Positions 14,499 to 29,500 of a DNA stretch of 64,000 bases are shown piece after piece. This stretch comes from Daphnia carinata (Eukaryota): NCBI RefSeq assembly GCF_022539665.2, contig NC_081332.1, positions 3,348,001-3,412,000 of the forward strand, given 5' to 3'. A program made the translations under genes and the position numbers. Positions within the stretch are counted from its first letter, which is position 1; each line of letters starts with the position of its first letter. The notes beneath the pieces are model-generated. The model saw only the letters and a program-made list of their open reading frames with translations, made no database searches and was not told the DNA's origin.

Positions 14499-16691
14499 AA
14501 AAAAAATCAAGCAGACAATTCTTAGTGTTTTTGTTGTCTCTGGCGGCCAACTGCACTCCCCCCAATCTCTCACAGACTTTATCATCGGAGCACAACAAGA
14601 AAAAAAGAAAAGGATCTTTTCTTATTTGTTTGTTTCGGCTCCTTTTTCGCTCCCTCTTTTCGCTTTTTTTTTTTTTTTTAACAGCCATGACCGCCAACGT
14701 AATCAGAATAAAAACAGTATCGTTCCCTCCACTTATACGACAATCATCGGCAAGACGACACACGTCTCAGCAAAAAGGTATTTTAGAGGTGAAACGGGAG
14801 TCGATTTTCAAAACAAAAATTTTTAGGATCGAGATAACGATTCCCTCTTAAGTATTCCTTAACCCTTATGCAGAAAACAATAAAAAAAAAAAAAAGGGGA
14901 GCGATGGAATTTATTTTAAAAAGAGTGGGGATGGAGGATTTAAAAAAAAAAAAAAAAAAGAAGGGAATGGGACGAAAATGAAGGACGATCGTGAGTCGTC
15001 GATGCGTTCGGTATGCGAACGCGGGAGTTTTGATTCGTGTCCGCTTTGAAATTTGGCGGATCTTCACGACGCCCGTTTCAATTTTTTGTGTGTGTGTGTG
15101 TTCATCTCGGCTCTCGAGAATTGAGAAATTCCATTGGAAAATCCTCGTCTCTACTGGAACGGAACAAAACGACGATTTGTCCCTTTGATTTTCTTTTCCG
15201 TCGAGTGAAGAAGGTGACGACGCAGAACATCAAGGACGAAAGTGCCAACCCCCCGAACTGAAGAATTTTAAGGACCCCACGGAAAAGGAAAAAAAAAAAA
15301 AAGGGAATGGGCATCAGAGGATGAAGAGATGCGACGGCTGTGTGTTGTCATTGACGCGCAGGATCAGCGCGTGCCGTCGACCTCCGGAACGGATCAAACC
15401 GTCCCATAAAAAAAAAAAAGAAAAGAGAAGCTCGAGAATTATATTTTAAGAAAAAAAAATTTGTACGAGATTACGATGTGCGGGCCGTGTATAATCCACA
15501 TTTATAATCGACCCTTTCAACCGTGTTTCTGTAATCTCATTGAGAACGGTTCCTCTTGTAACACGAGTATATCACCATCAACAAGAAAGAAAAGAAATTC
15601 TGGACGTGTGTGTGTGTGTGGTCTGTCCATCAAAATAAAAAAAAAAATCCCAAACGATTTCACTAACCCCCAAAAAATTTTATTCGAAAAATGATAAGCC
15701 GATGCGGCTATTGTACGACACACGACACAGAAATTAAATACGGTAGCTGAAATTTTCTTTTTTTTTCTTTCGAACTTATCTGTACACACACAAACACACA
15801 CACGAACGTTGGGCATCGAGTTCAATACGTTAAAAGCGCACGGATGAACTTATTATGCATTCGAAAAGCGATGGGAAATGCGACGGCTGTTCACAAACTC
15901 TGGCGCACGTAGAGGTTTACCTAAAAGGTAATATATATATATACGCACACATTCACCGTTGGCTATTGTGCAGTTGATTCAACGAAGACATCGATTTAGG
16001 ACCAGCTTGTTTTCCGCATTTCCAACTGATCCAAAGGGCATACACAAAAACCGCCTCGCATAGTCCCAGAACATTTTAATATGCAAAACTCCGCTCTTCT
16101 TCTATACCCTCCCGCGCCGGCCCGAACACGGCACGGAAAGCTGATCTACATTTCACTCTAGATTTTCCTTTGTTGTTGTCCGACTCTGTGCTCCGGGAGT
16201 TGAATACAATGCGCCTTTTTGGTGGGGAGGGTATAGTAGTTGCTACTTTATTCACAGACTTTTCTTCCCGTTTTTTTTTTTTTTTTTTTTGGGCATTTGA
16301 ATAATAAAGAAAACAAGTTGGGAAATTCCGGCCATAAACTTCCCTTTCTCTCCCGAAAAAAAAACATTTATAATGCTAAACTTAAAAAGAAAAAAAAAAT
16401 GATGAAATATACTCGAGCGTAACAAGGGCACAGCCCCACCCTGAAAAATATAAAAAGAGATGTTCCAGTTTTCCTTAACTAAACAACACACGACGAGCTG
16501 ATAGTGAAAGCAACGAAAAATGAGAAGTGATGACGATAAGATTAGATATTCTACTTCATATCCCCCCCCCCCCCCCCTCGCCAACTCTCGTTCTCCTGCC
16601 CGGCTTTCCTAGTTTCTACCGCATTGCTTCTATTATATACAACACACACACACACACACGAAAAATAAAGCCTTAATAAAAAAAAATGAAA

Positions 16692-16718
16692 AATAATAAT
16701 AATAATAATAATAATAAT
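16692..16718 (+). repeat. (AAT)9 microsatellite
   Basis: Read directly from the sequence. Confidence 0.95.
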
Positions 16719-17515
16719 AAGAGTAAAACACCAAAAACAACTGAGCGAGCCACTGCAATCCCCGAAAATGAAACTTGTTTTTTTTTTTTTTTTTTTTTTT
16801 TTTACATTGGGTGGAGTAACGGACATCTAGGAACGTACCAGCTCCCCCCCCCCCCCTTTCTCTCTCCACCATATCGTTTATGGTCGCGATGAGACCGCAG
16901 GAGCCGTGAAAGTCTGCTAGCGTCCAAGCTTTAGACTTTAATGCTGGGTGCACATATAATCTAGAAAAAGGGGAACTGTACGCGAAGCTCGTGACACGCT
17001 ATACACACTCAATGGAATACACCGCCGGGCTATAAAAACAACTAGACAAACTCCCACTATCCTCTGTTGTACAGTTAGTGTAGATGCGTGTGTGTGTGTG
17101 TGTATAGCCTTTTCCATTCTCGACATAACCCAACCACCAAAATACGTCAGAAAAGAAAAAAAAAAAAAAAAAAAAGGGCGACCCGAAAGGCAAACTCTAA
17201 GTCGCCTGAGCTATGACAATCGACGTCGACGACGTTAACATTGTCGTGTCATCACTCCTTGTCTCTTCTCTTCTCTCTCCCCCCCTCCTCCTTCTATTTT
17301 GTTTTTTCTGGAGCTATTGAGAGAATTGGGCGTAGGGGGGAGGGGGTTGGTTGATAGAAGAAAAGTCACAAGCAGTCAACAGAGTCGGGACATGGTCGTC
17401 GTTGTGGTGCGACCTATACGAAAAAATGTTGACCGCAATGCAGATCGTTTTCATACCACAAGTGGGTATAGAGTTCGTATCCAGTTATTTCTTATACTAT
17501 AGAAGGCACTATATT

Positions 17516-17518
<3 letters not shown>

Positions 17519-17552
<34 letters not shown>
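17519..17552 (+). repeat. (AG)17 microsatellite
   Basis: Read directly from the sequence. Confidence 0.95.
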
Positions 17553-17554
<2 letters not shown>

Positions 17555-19879
17555 GCATCATAGAGAGGGCCGTTGCACGACTTGTTATTTGTCACGATAG
17601 AACGAGGGGGTGGAAAAACGTGGAGATGGAGGAGGCCCATCAGCGTGATTAGATCCCGGGCGACCACTTCAATAGAGAGTCACCGTCCACGTCGTCGTCC
17701 TATCGACAATCTAATTAAGAATAACCGAAATTCTTCGGTTCTCTATTTTCACGAATTGACCAGTGTGGATATACTCTCTCTCTCTCTTCACCGCAATGGG
17801 GCGAAAAAAAAGCTTCTGGTGGAGTACGCGCTTTAACGACTCACGACGTCTATTGGAACGGATCCCGAATTTTCGAATTATCAAATAAAGCGCGCGGATT
17901 TTTTCTTTTTTAAATAAAGAAAATATCGGGAAAACCCATAACCGGATTTTGCCTCTCCTTTTTCGTGCCACCCGCCGTGATTGAGTTTCAATTTTATTCT
18001 TGGCAAAAATTAGTTTTGATTAAAAAAAAAGAGAGAGAAAACAGACGAAACATCCATTTTCTATTTCCTTTATAAGAAATGGCTGAATGTTTGGATCTTT
18101 TTATAGGAATTACAAGAAATGGCTCAGACGAGATAAGCAGAAAGCCTAATCGACCTGCGGGATTCATGAAAAATGGCAACCGAGCATTTAATGCCGGCCA
18201 GAAAGAAAGCAAAAAAAAATAAATAAATAAATAAATAAGGTTTGCGCGAGAAAAATGGCGGACGCTTTGACATTGAGTGCACATTATTCATTGATTGCTG
18301 TTTACGTGCGGCGGGAAGCTCATTAAATTATGAATCTTTCACGAAAAAAAAGAAGAAGAAATTCGCAAATGAGTTTCGAATTCACTTTTCTACAAACATC
18401 GTTAAGATAAATCCATAAGAAAAAAAAAAGGAGGGGTTTGCGTGCAAGTCGAACATCCTTTCATTTCTGGTTTACCGAATCATTTTCAAAAAAGAAAAAA
18501 AAATTCTAATTGCTCCTACGGACGCGATTCGAACATTCGAACAACAAAAACAAATTTCAAAGAAAATAGAAAAAAAAAATGAAGGAAAAATCTCAACGAA
18601 AAAACAAACAAACAAAAGAACTTGAGACGGTCGAAACCCCGGGGCGTGGACAGGCCGGAAGGGACACCCGGGCGACGCCTTTCAACACCGGAAAAAAAAA
18701 AGGACGGACAAAAATTTCAACAACATGAGAAGAAGAAGAAGAAAAAAAAAGGGAAATGTCTACGAGTAAAGACAAAGTTCAAAAAGACACGTAAAGGAGG
18801 GGGGTAAATGTGAGAAAAAAAATCATCACACGTGCCACTTGGTCGTGTTGGCACTAAAAGAAGAAAGACAACACGCTGTCAGCCTTGTCGCCTCACGTTC
18901 GTCGGGTAATTTACTTTTCAAAATAAACGACCAACATTCTCTCTTTTCACACTAAAGAATCTAGGACACAATGAAAACCAATGACGTCCTACGTCCTTGC
19001 AAAAACTGTTTTAAAGGCTCGGACTCAAGCGCGAAATATGGGAATGGCCTCCCTTGTTTTTATTGCGATTTAAACTTAAACCGAGTTGTGAACAAGTGCA
19101 CAACAAAAAATCGAGCCCATTGAATTGAAAAAAAAAAAAAAAAACGTTCTCAAAAAAGAAAAAGGGACGAATGAAACGCGTCAAAACAACGAAAAGGCAG
19201 CAAAAGGTTGGCTCAAGGTGGCCATGTCAAGTCACTGCTTGTCAAACAGTGGGGGTAGGCCCCAGGTTTTATTTGAAAGCAGCAAGAGAGTATTTGTTAG
19301 CTATATCTGACATAAGACCCCCCCCCCCCAAAAAAAAAAAAAGAGCAGGAAGCTTTTCTTCTTTTTTTTTTCCCCTCTGTTCCAGCACCATTTCGTTCCA
19401 AACTGTTGCCCTGTGCGTCGACTAGCTGCTAGACGTTGACGTAGGCCTCGGAGCTACTAGAAAACAAAAAAAAAACAAAAAAAAAATCGGCCATCTTAAA
19501 CTACCACCATATCCCAGCAGGGAATGTTTTGTGCAGCAGGGACGGGGGCCGCTGCTTTGGATTTGTGTACAACTCCAAGAGACTCCAAGTAAAGAATTTC
19601 TTTACAAAAGAGAGAAAATAATAATAAAAAAAAAAAAAAAAGGTAGAGCGATGCAGAGATATAGATAGGCAGGCCCCAAAAGAGAAACATAGTCCAGCCG
19701 TTGGTTGGAGGAAAACCCGCAGAGCGTCGAAGAAGGGCCCGCATTCCTCAGGCCGTCTTCTGTTTGTGCTGAGGGACGACGGGATATATATATATATATA
19801 TATATAACATAACAAAAGGGAAACGCTTCTATAAGGCTCCCGCTACATAATAGTAGTTAGCAGTAGACAACAGGCGCCG

Positions 19880-19917
<38 letters not shown>

Positions 19918-22791
19918 ACAAAAAAAAAATTCCAGAGTTATTGTCTCGTCCATGTTTTGTTATTGTCGTGTAAAACGATCAGCGTTCGAGATTTAAAAAA
20001 AAAATGCCGGGGATTAACAACGGGATCGTTGCTCATTATCAACAATCTCTGCAATCAAAATGTTTGCTTCGATGGTTGATGCATTTCCATCAACTTTGCG
20101 CGGCGTTTAACTAACAATTAACAACAAGTATTTTCCACCATTCATTTCCAAGAGAAAAAAACATTTCGCGTTCTCGCATCCTCCCCCCCCCCCCCCCGTG
20201 TAACGAACAACGTAGTCTACAACCATTTCTGGAAAAAGAAAAAAATAAATAAGGGATTGGCAGAGTTTTAAATGTAAGAGTGTCGATAGAAGCTCGTGCG
20301 CTCATGAGAGAGAGAGAGAGAGAAACGCTCGAATTTGTACTTTCAACTCGGGATTCCGACAGTTGCGACGGGAGCGGGAGGGGATTGCACAGGCCTGGCA
20401 CTAACTCCATTATTCAGCAAAGTAATTAGTCGTTAGAATGTTTCTCGCCACTCTTCGCCGACTGCTGCATCCATCGCGCGCAAACGGATAGATCTACACG
20501 TTGGATAGTCTCTCACTCTCATCCCCAGCGATATTTAGGAGGATAGAAAAGACACACAGCGTGTGCCTTGCATATTTAGTGTCCCGAAAACAGCGTGGGA
20601 GGGGCAAAAAAAAAAAAAAAATAGGGAAAGAGAGACGGAAGTAAGACAGGTGCTGTGTTTCCCTCGGAAAACTTACTACATCCAATTGAAAAGGTTGAAA
20701 ACTGAGCAGAGAACAACCAAGAAAAGAAAGGCGGTCCTTGCACCAGGTGCTTCGTCTTCAGCTAGTTGTGTTCAGTATATACAGTGGCACTACGTTTATG
20801 TGCGCGATTCCGTGATCCGTGACCTTTTTATATTCTCCCTTTACTTCAATTTTCAAACTCTCTCTTTTTCTTACTGAACTCTTTTTTCTTTGGAAAAAAA
20901 AAAGGGAGGAGGGTGTAGGCTATAAACAGTAAAACACGACAAAGAATTTACGATGGCTGCGCACTGTGAAATAAAACGAGATTAGGATTAAAATAAGAAT
21001 TTGTTTTTTTTTTAACTAGTGAGATCCAGAACATCCATCATTCACAGTGGAATGCGATTCAAATGTGTTTTTTAAGGGGAGGGGGGGGGGGTGTGTTTAA
21101 GACGCGAGAATTGCTCAATTATTGGGGTTTTTACAAAGAAATGTTTGAAATTTGACTAACAAAAAAGATCACACGTTTCACCCAAGTGAGGAATCCCCTC
21201 CCCTCTCGTCCCGTTGTGTGCGACTTCGGTTGGCCAGCATTTCCCAGTCTCATTTCACGGTCAATTAATAGCTTGTGAATCAAACACAACGCCGCATCAT
21301 CGACTATCACACGGCCCCAGGGTATTATTCCTCTTCTATATATCGTGAAAAAAAAGGATGAGGATTTTCGTGTGCCCGGCGGCAATGTGTTGGCCATCAA
21401 TTCACGTGACGTGATGATCCAACCTTTTTATGAAAATTCTTTTCACTCGCCTATTGTTATGCATATGATTAAGGAAGGCTGACTTTTTGGCACGCCCCTT
21501 TTTACCCATTTACAGAGCCCGACGTCCTTTTTTTTTAAGCGCAATCATTGAATGAATCCGTCCTTTTTTTTCAAAAGAGAATGAATACCAGTCATTGACG
21601 GAAACAAGTGAGGAGAGAAAAATGCATAGAAAAAAAAATGAATTGCGTAAGACGTAACACCCACTCAATCAAGCCTACCATAGGAACTTCCCCTCATCTT
21701 TCCATTTCCTTCATATCCAAACCGAAAAGACATGGCCACGCTTCTCCTTTCTTTTCTTTTTTTTTTCTACAACAAAAAAAAAAAAGGGAAAGAAAGAAAG
21801 GGCGCGGTCGAACAACGGGCTCGTATAAACCAGCAGCAAGAGCAGTAGCAGCTACTGCATCAGTCAAGGAGTCGTCCGGACTGAATAAACAATCATAAAA
21901 AAAGAAAAAGTCTACCAGGGCACAATCCTCAACTTCCTCCAGCAAACAAGCAAAAAAGAAGAAAGAAAACCCACTCGGTTCAAAGAGAAATTCTGGTAGG
22001 GCGGAGTACGATAGGCTATTGGTATTTAAAAGAAAATTGCTCCTCTCAATTTTGTGCGTGGGGGAGACATAGAGGAGGAAAATGTCCAAGTTGTGTGTTC
22101 CAAAACACACACACACACCCATAGCCCATTTCTTTTTTTTTCCGAACATATCCGTTAAGGAATTTTATGTGTGGCTATTTTTTTTTCTCTTAGTCTTGAG
22201 AGCTGATCTTCATGTTGCTTATGATGCGTGTGTGTGTGTGTGTGTGTGTTCAATGAGGATATTTCAATGCTGACGACGTACGACCCCCCCTGTATTTTGT
22301 GCGCATAGTTTCGGGTCGAACCGTGAAAATGGTCTACTTGAACTCCTTGTTTGAAAAAAAGGGGGCGAATATATATATATATTTTAGAAAATATCTTTAG
22401 GGGCGTCAATAAGTATGCCCCTATAGGGGTCAAATGGCTGCGTGTAAACTCGGATAATTCTCGTTAGAAATTGACGAATGCCATGCATTTTTGGAATGTC
22501 AGCCTTTCGAAATTTCTATACAAAATAAACAAATCATAAGATAAAGGATATCATTTCGATTATGTATATATATATATATACACACACCAAAAACAAAAGC
22601 CTACAAATGTTCAGGGCTTCTGGTTTATTCAAATTGCGTTGTTCCTTGTTATTCATAGATATCCGTGATGAAAGAAAAGAGCCACACTGTCTAGAGTGCG
22701 CTTGACCCCTAACTCGATGGGGAAAAAAAAAGAGGCTCTACAATTTCATGGAGAAACAGGCAAAAATAGTCGTCAACTTGTAACGTCCCTG

Positions 22792-22794
<3 letters not shown>

Positions 22795-22829
<35 letters not shown>
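22795..22829 (+). repeat. A35 homopolymer (also A32 at 19884-19915)
   Basis: Read directly; exact lengths may be affected by sequencing error. Confidence 0.9.
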
Positions 22830-22831
<2 letters not shown>

Positions 22832-25800
22832 ATCTGATTTAACGCTCCCACACGTCTAGTCGGACATCGCGCGGAACAGCAGGAGCCACCCTGTGCGACA
22901 ATTGGTTATATTCCGAGCTTCTTCTTCTTTTCAAAAACCCTCCCCCCTCCCCTTTCCCTTCTCTCTTCAAGTTGCTAACACAAGCACATATTGTGAACGG
23001 ACGCCATATGGTGGCACCTCTGCGTGTCGCCAATGGACCGGCCCAACAAAAATATCATCGGAGAAAAAAAAAAAAAAAGAAAAAGAAAATAGTAAGAAGG
23101 AAATGTTACAAGCTCACACACTAAAAGAGAGAAACGAATCTCTTCAACGCAGTTGGGAGTGTCGGATGACGAGGCTGGCGACAGATACACATCGAGTCCT
23201 CCTTTCTTTCTTTTTCGTTTGAGCTTCACTTTTGACCTTTTCGTTTCTTGTTTATCCAGAAGGGAGGAGTTTTTTTTTTCCGGCCGACTCGCTCTATTAA
23301 GGATGAGATTTTCTAAGTTATCCGACTCGCTTCCTCTTGTATTCTTTGGTCAGCTTAAAAATTGCGGCCGGATCATTCTCAATCACCGTTTTTTTTTTTG
23401 GTTTTGTTTTTTTAACTTTTAAGAACATGACGATCGTGTCTATTTTTTAAAGAAAAGAAAAGTGAGCGAGAAAAGAGAAATGTGTTTTTTTCTAAATACA
23501 AAAGGCTCATCCCTATTTGAATATGGATAGATCCTACTGAGCTATAAATAAAGAAGAAGACAAAAAAAAAAAAAAAAAAAGGGAGGAAGTTGCGTTTATT
23601 CTGCTAATGTGCGACATTCTGTGAGCAACCCCAAGAATGAAACGAATAACAAAAAGGAGGGAGGGACGGCCTCCATAAAACAAACCGAATAAATCCATCT
23701 GGAACAGCAGACTATTTATACGCTTATGTATAACTCAAAGAGCGACGCACGAGAAACAAAGGGACACAATGCTGTAGGCCACTTTGATAGGATAACCTTT
23801 AAAAGAAATACAGAAAAAAGATACCCCCCCCCCTTTTTTTTTTATTTTCTTTAGCTGTTTTTTTTGCTGCGTCCATGCATAGAAAAGCGGGCTAATTAAC
23901 CTTTTATGTTGCAGCTATACTGTTCGGCCGGTCTCCTTTTTTTTTCGCTTTGCATGCGGGATCAACGAGAATGTCATATAGACACATAAAAGTGGGAATT
24001 GAAAGCCTTTTCTGCTATCCTCGCCTCTTTTTGTGTGTGCCTCGCAAGTTGCATAGTTAACATCTATCCAACTAGCGCGCAATTATTCTGCTAGCATACA
24101 CATAAAGATGGCGGATAACAAAACACACGCAAAAACTCGGGGTAATATTGAATAGCAAAAATCCACCCCCTCCCCCTTAGTCTTTGCTGATTTCTTCTTT
24201 TCCTCGTTTTCTTTTTAGACGCACTAACAGACGATCATTTTATTATTTTTAACCGCAATCAAACAAAAATCAGATTTTTAAAACGCGTTATAAATTGAAT
24301 ACAAAAAGAACGTGCACACGGCAGCTGGCATTTGTTTTTTTTGTTTTTTCTATCCCCAAATGTACGAGTTCCCCCAACCTGTCGGGATCGATTCGACCGT
24401 GAAGACAGTCAGAGAGACTCGCCATTGAAAAGACACACCGCCGCCCTTCTTCCGAGACATGTTTGTCTTTTTCCGGTTGTCAAAAGAAAACGGAAGAAAA
24501 AAAAAAACAAAAAGTGTTGCCTTGTTTATCTACGGTCTCTTTGACTTTATATTCACCTCCCCCCCCCCATCCTCCGTCCTCTGTTTGTAATAGATCTCGC
24601 CGCGTCCAAAACAAACACCTATCATATTTGGAACGCTTTCCATTTCGTTATCTGATTATCTCCGTGTCTATGTAAACGAGTCGGCTTTTAACGACTTCGA
24701 TCCGATGCGACACGCCTGTCCTTTTCCCAAAACAGTGAAATTGCATAAGATATAGGTGTGGCAGGAGACAGGGAGGGGGGTGGCAGGGAGGGGTGGTAAA
24801 CTTTCGCGGTCCATTGATTGTTTGACAGGAGCACTTCCTGCTCGTTCCACGACGCTGCTAAAATATACATTAGAGATGGAACAAGTGTTCTATATCGACA
24901 TCCGCATCGCAAACCGGACTCGGTTTCAAGTCGGCAGCACAGTCCACACTTGCACAGCAGATGTGACAGGCCTTTCTTCTCTTCCCTCCCACACAAAAAT
25001 CAAAATGTTTTCATTGCAAACACACGAAAAAAAGAAGACCTACAAACAAATAAAAATAACAAGCCCCTGCCAAATGATTCAGTGTTTATTCGATTTCCGT
25101 CTAATAATTCCCGCCTTTTTTTTTTTTTTTTTTTTAATTTCACCTGGGCTTTCCACCTTCTCTCAACTTGCAAAACGAAATCCTCCTCATCTTGGCTTCT
25201 CTCTCGCCTTCTTGCACCCACCGCCCTCTCGCAGAAGGGAATAGTAATCAGAACACACATTCAACAGTTATCTTTAAACGCGACGCTTGAATAAATCAAA
25301 AGAAAAAAAGGGCAGAAGCCATTTGCATTGCTGATGAGAAAAAAAAAAAAAGAAAAATGGGGACGAATTGCAGACATACACAAAACACTTGAGTATGTTT
25401 GCCGTGTATCTAAAAATTACTATGCACGGGGTGGATATGCATGTTATTTTGTCTGCGTCTAAAAATGGTAACGCAAAAGAGGAGGGGAAAACACATTTTT
25501 TTTTTTTTGTGTGTGTGTGTGTGTGCAGATTCACGGATGCGATCGATGATCGGCTTTCCAAGAAATTCTCCGTCTTTGTAGATGGCAAATCGCCGCAGTC
25601 GAGTTATGCAATAAAAAAAAAAGAGAGAAAATAAAAAAATTACGCGGGTATTCGGCAATAGTAGCAATTCGATCCCGACGACTTGCGAGGTAAAAAGAAG
25701 AAAACGAAAAATGGAGAAAGCGGACTTTGACGTATATTGAATTACGGCGGAATGAGGGGGGGGGCTCTTCTTTCTGCTGCTTTCAATATTATTCAATAAG

Positions 25801-26514
25801 GAGAGTAACTTGTAAAAAAAAAAAATAATAAATGAATAAATAAAATAAGAAAAAAATCTTTTGAGGACCCTCCCTTCTTTTGTCTGTGTAAAATAGATGG
25901 TTGGCTTGTTTGTTTCGTTGATTGTTATATGGTATCTCTTTCGACTTTATTGTCAAGGTAAACAAAAAAGCAAAAGAATGTGGATATTAAAGAAGGCACA
26001 CTCTTTTTCCCGTCCCGACAAAGAAACGCTGCAAATGTCAGACACCGATTGGGAGGATCAAACGGTTTGCAGGAGGGCGAGGAGAAAGACCAATAAGAAA
26101 AACTGATTCATTTTCGTTTGATGAGTGGGGGGGGGGGGGGGATTATCGATCAAATAGGATAAGGTACGCGAACGTAAAAAAAACAAGAGACATTCCATCG
26201 TAATTTCATTTTTAACGAACAAAAAGAAAAAAAAAAAGTATAAAGCCATAGAAAATAAGAAAATATCGTATCATTCCCAATGATATTTAAAAAGAGGACA
26301 TTAAAACAAAAAAAAAAAGGGGGGGGGGGAAGAAAGTTAGGGTAGTCATCAACTGACATCTCGTCGTGAAAATGAAAAGCGGCCCGATCTTTCTTTTTTT
26401 TTTTTGTGACAATCCGTTAAAAAATAGAGCAGCAGGGAAAAGGGTCCAACTATGGACTTTTTATTAGAGTAGTGAATATGCAAAAGCGCTTCGCTCTCTT
26501 GCTAAGCGTCTCTT

Positions 26515-26526
26515 GCCGCCATTTTG
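26515..26526 (+). promoter_or_regulatory. Extended YY1/Pho consensus site
   Basis: GCCGCCATTTTG, the extended YY1/Pho motif. Confidence 0.4.
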
Positions 26527-29500
26527 AGCTGCGTGACTGCGTCTGTTAATGAGCTGAAAGAAAAGCACAGTAAACCCCTTGCGTTCACTTTATTTCAAGT
26601 AGCGGAGTTACAAATAAATGTTCCAAAAAAAAAAAAAAAAAGAAGTAGGAAAGCCAACAGCAGCACGCAATAATGAACTCGTCCGACATTTATTTAAAAA
26701 AAAAAAAAAAAGAACCTGGCCTTTTTTTTTTTTTTTTGGCAGCGATGCTCGCAACGAACGCCCCGCAAGCTGATTTGACTTGGTGCAATTTCAAAATGAA
26801 AAGAAGAACGTTGCAAAGGAGGGAAATTTGAAACGGGTGGACGGGGGCAGGCCAAACGCAAACTGTTGAATAGCGAAGGATTTTCAATATTTGTAGAGGT
26901 CCTACTTCCCTCAATACCCCCCCCCCCCCTTCGTCCCCATTATTAATGGCCTAATGATGACTCGAGCGCACGTTCCTGCCACTTCATTAGTATAGGTCGC
27001 CTTTGTTTTTAGCGATCAAAAAAACAAACAAAAACGTTCGCTTTCATTACAAAAAAAAAAATAGCCTGCACAAACGATTTTGTGCCTTGACGTCAGCAAC
27101 GCATGTTACGTAATTAAAACGACGAGTTACATTTTAAAACCAACGATTTTTTTTTTGTATCTTTTGATTGCGTGCGTAGAGTTAGTTGGGATATATAATA
27201 AACGTGGCAGACAATTTGCAATAAAATTCAAATGGATCCATTTCGACAAAGTCGATCGCCATGCAAAATAGCAACAAAAAAAAAAAAAATAGGACGGCAA
27301 TTCATAAAAACAAACAAACGGGAAAATGCATCCTGAATCATTTGCCAAATGCGCAAATAAACCGAATCGTTGACTTTTACTACTGCGCAATCTAATCGCC
27401 TACTGTTATGATTACCTAATGACTCATCCTGCATCTTGTTTTCTCTCGGTCGTTCCCTCCCGTTTTATGATTAGGGGACAAATGAAACAGTTGATGGGAG
27501 TACAGACGCACGCACAAGTCCTACGAATCCCACAGTTCGGGTTATTATTCGTCAACAAACAAAGTTTATCTGTCCACACATACATTTCGATGCCCAGTTC
27601 AACGGGGAAAAAAAAAAAATGAGGAAGCTCCCTGGGCTATTTGACTTTCCTCGAGATGAATATTATCCCCCCCGAAAATGAAATATACATATAAAAAAAA
27701 AGAAGCTTCTCTTCTCCACACGCGACCGTGGGCGTTCGTTATTACGCATCTACGGCCAAGTCTAAATGCTACCATGGCATGAGCCCGGGAATAAAAAAAA
27801 AAAAAGAAAAGTTTCTTCTTTATTTTTTTATTGTTATATATGCAGCTCAGTTCTTCTTTCTTTTTCCCCTGTTCGCTCTGTCTGTGTATATGTTTTGTAT
27901 AAATTGAACTTTTGGGGCTTTATTATTATTCACCAGACAAGAGTTATGTAGTTCCTATTTTTTTTTTTTTTTTTTCTTTAGTTAGTGGGGGAGGAGGGAA
28001 CTCAGCATCAGTAGCACCATGCAGCACACGCACAATATAGATAATAATAATAATAATACAATCAACAATGAAAAAATAAAAATCAAATTCAAAATGTCGT
28101 CCTTGTTTATACGACCGACTTAAGCCGATTTTCGCTTACGTTGATATTTTCTTTTTGAAAAAATAATAAATTAATGCAACAACCAAAAAAAAGAAGAAAA
28201 AAAAAGAAGGGAGAACGTCTTATCATTTGAAACGCATCTGTTCTAGTACTTAAATTTAGATTCAAAGATGTATGACAATAGATCAAAAAAAGAAAAGAGC
28301 CAACCGTCACAACCGAGTTCAACTCTTTTTCTTTCGTTTACCCACAGGTTTTTTGTTGTTCTCTTTTTTTTTTTTTTTATGATTCAAATTAATGACCAAA
28401 GCAGAGAGAGGAAGAGATTGCGGCGGGTATTACGATTTTCATAGGGGGGTGCTTTATCTACGGCTGCCTGGTGTCATAAATCTCTCCCTTCTTTCCTTCA
28501 AACAAAAAAGTTCTTCTCCTTTTTCGATTAACAAGTTTCTGACGCTCTTATTTTTCTTGTCTTTTTTTTTTTTCTTCCTTCATCAGATATATTTCTTTTT
28601 TTTTTTTTCAAAATTCTTAACAACAACAACCTCCGCAAAACAATAAAAAAATAAAGGTCCAAAACCTCAAAGCTTTGATCTCCACACATTTCAGCCTTTC
28701 GTGATTTTGTTTGGTCGCCACGCGGCAATAAACTCTGGTCAACATTTAAAAGGAAAAACAAAAAAAAACAAAAAATCATTGTCTTATTCCCTGAACAAAA
28801 AAAAAAAAAGTTTTTAAGCGGACGACGCACGGCTTGCATATCAATCCCGCGATTCGTTATGACGTGTCCCCTTCCGCATCCTCCCCCCCCCCCCACACAC
28901 ACACATAGCCACTTTGGACAGAGTGCAGTCGTATAGAGATGATGTAACGACAAGAGATAGACCAAACCAATTGGCTAAGAAGAAAATAGAGAAATCCAAT
29001 TGGGCGTAAAAGGAAGCCACCCCCCAAAAAAGAGAAAATTTAGAGAGACACACACACAGAGAGGGTAGGATCACTTGTCATTTGAAACTAGCGCCATGGT
29101 CGCGCTCAATCATTGGATTAGATTGGATGTGTGTTGTATATATATATATATGTGTGTATATATGCCTCACTCTCAAACGTCCCCCCCCCCCTCTTCCGTT
29201 TTTTAGTTCTGGCTAAAAGATTCCGTTTGCCCTAAACCAGCCACTTTTATCCTCTCCGTTTGTGATTTACGGATGTCAGCCAGTTTGCCTATATATCTGG
29301 TGTGAACGGGGAGAGGGAGAGAGCAGGGTTTTGGTGTGTAAGGGTGGAGACTATTTACTCGGTCAATGAAAAGCAAAAAACGAGGACTGTGTGTGCGTGT
29401 GCTCCAATTTCGGCCCTTTCCTACTAATGTTACCGACGGGCTTCCACGTCTACATACAAGACCAGACGAGGTAAAGGAGAGGATTAAAAGAAAAAATACT

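Noticed and set aside
14935..15345. Short direct repeats (poly-A-AAGGGAATGGG twice)
   Set aside because: Too short and low-complexity to define an element; not a CRISPR-like periodic array.
21411..21482. C/D-box snoRNA-like spacing (GTGATGA ... CTGA)
   Set aside because: No terminal stem, and the would-be guide (AAGGAAGG) is sense rather than antisense to the 18S segment it resembles.
21824..21865. TATAAA plus TCAGTC core promoter
   Set aside because: Spacing of 38 nt exceeds the canonical 30-31 nt, and no downstream gene is evident.
19884..22829. A32 and A35 runs as retroposon tails
   Set aside because: No target-site duplication or shared upstream body; long A runs are ubiquitous here.
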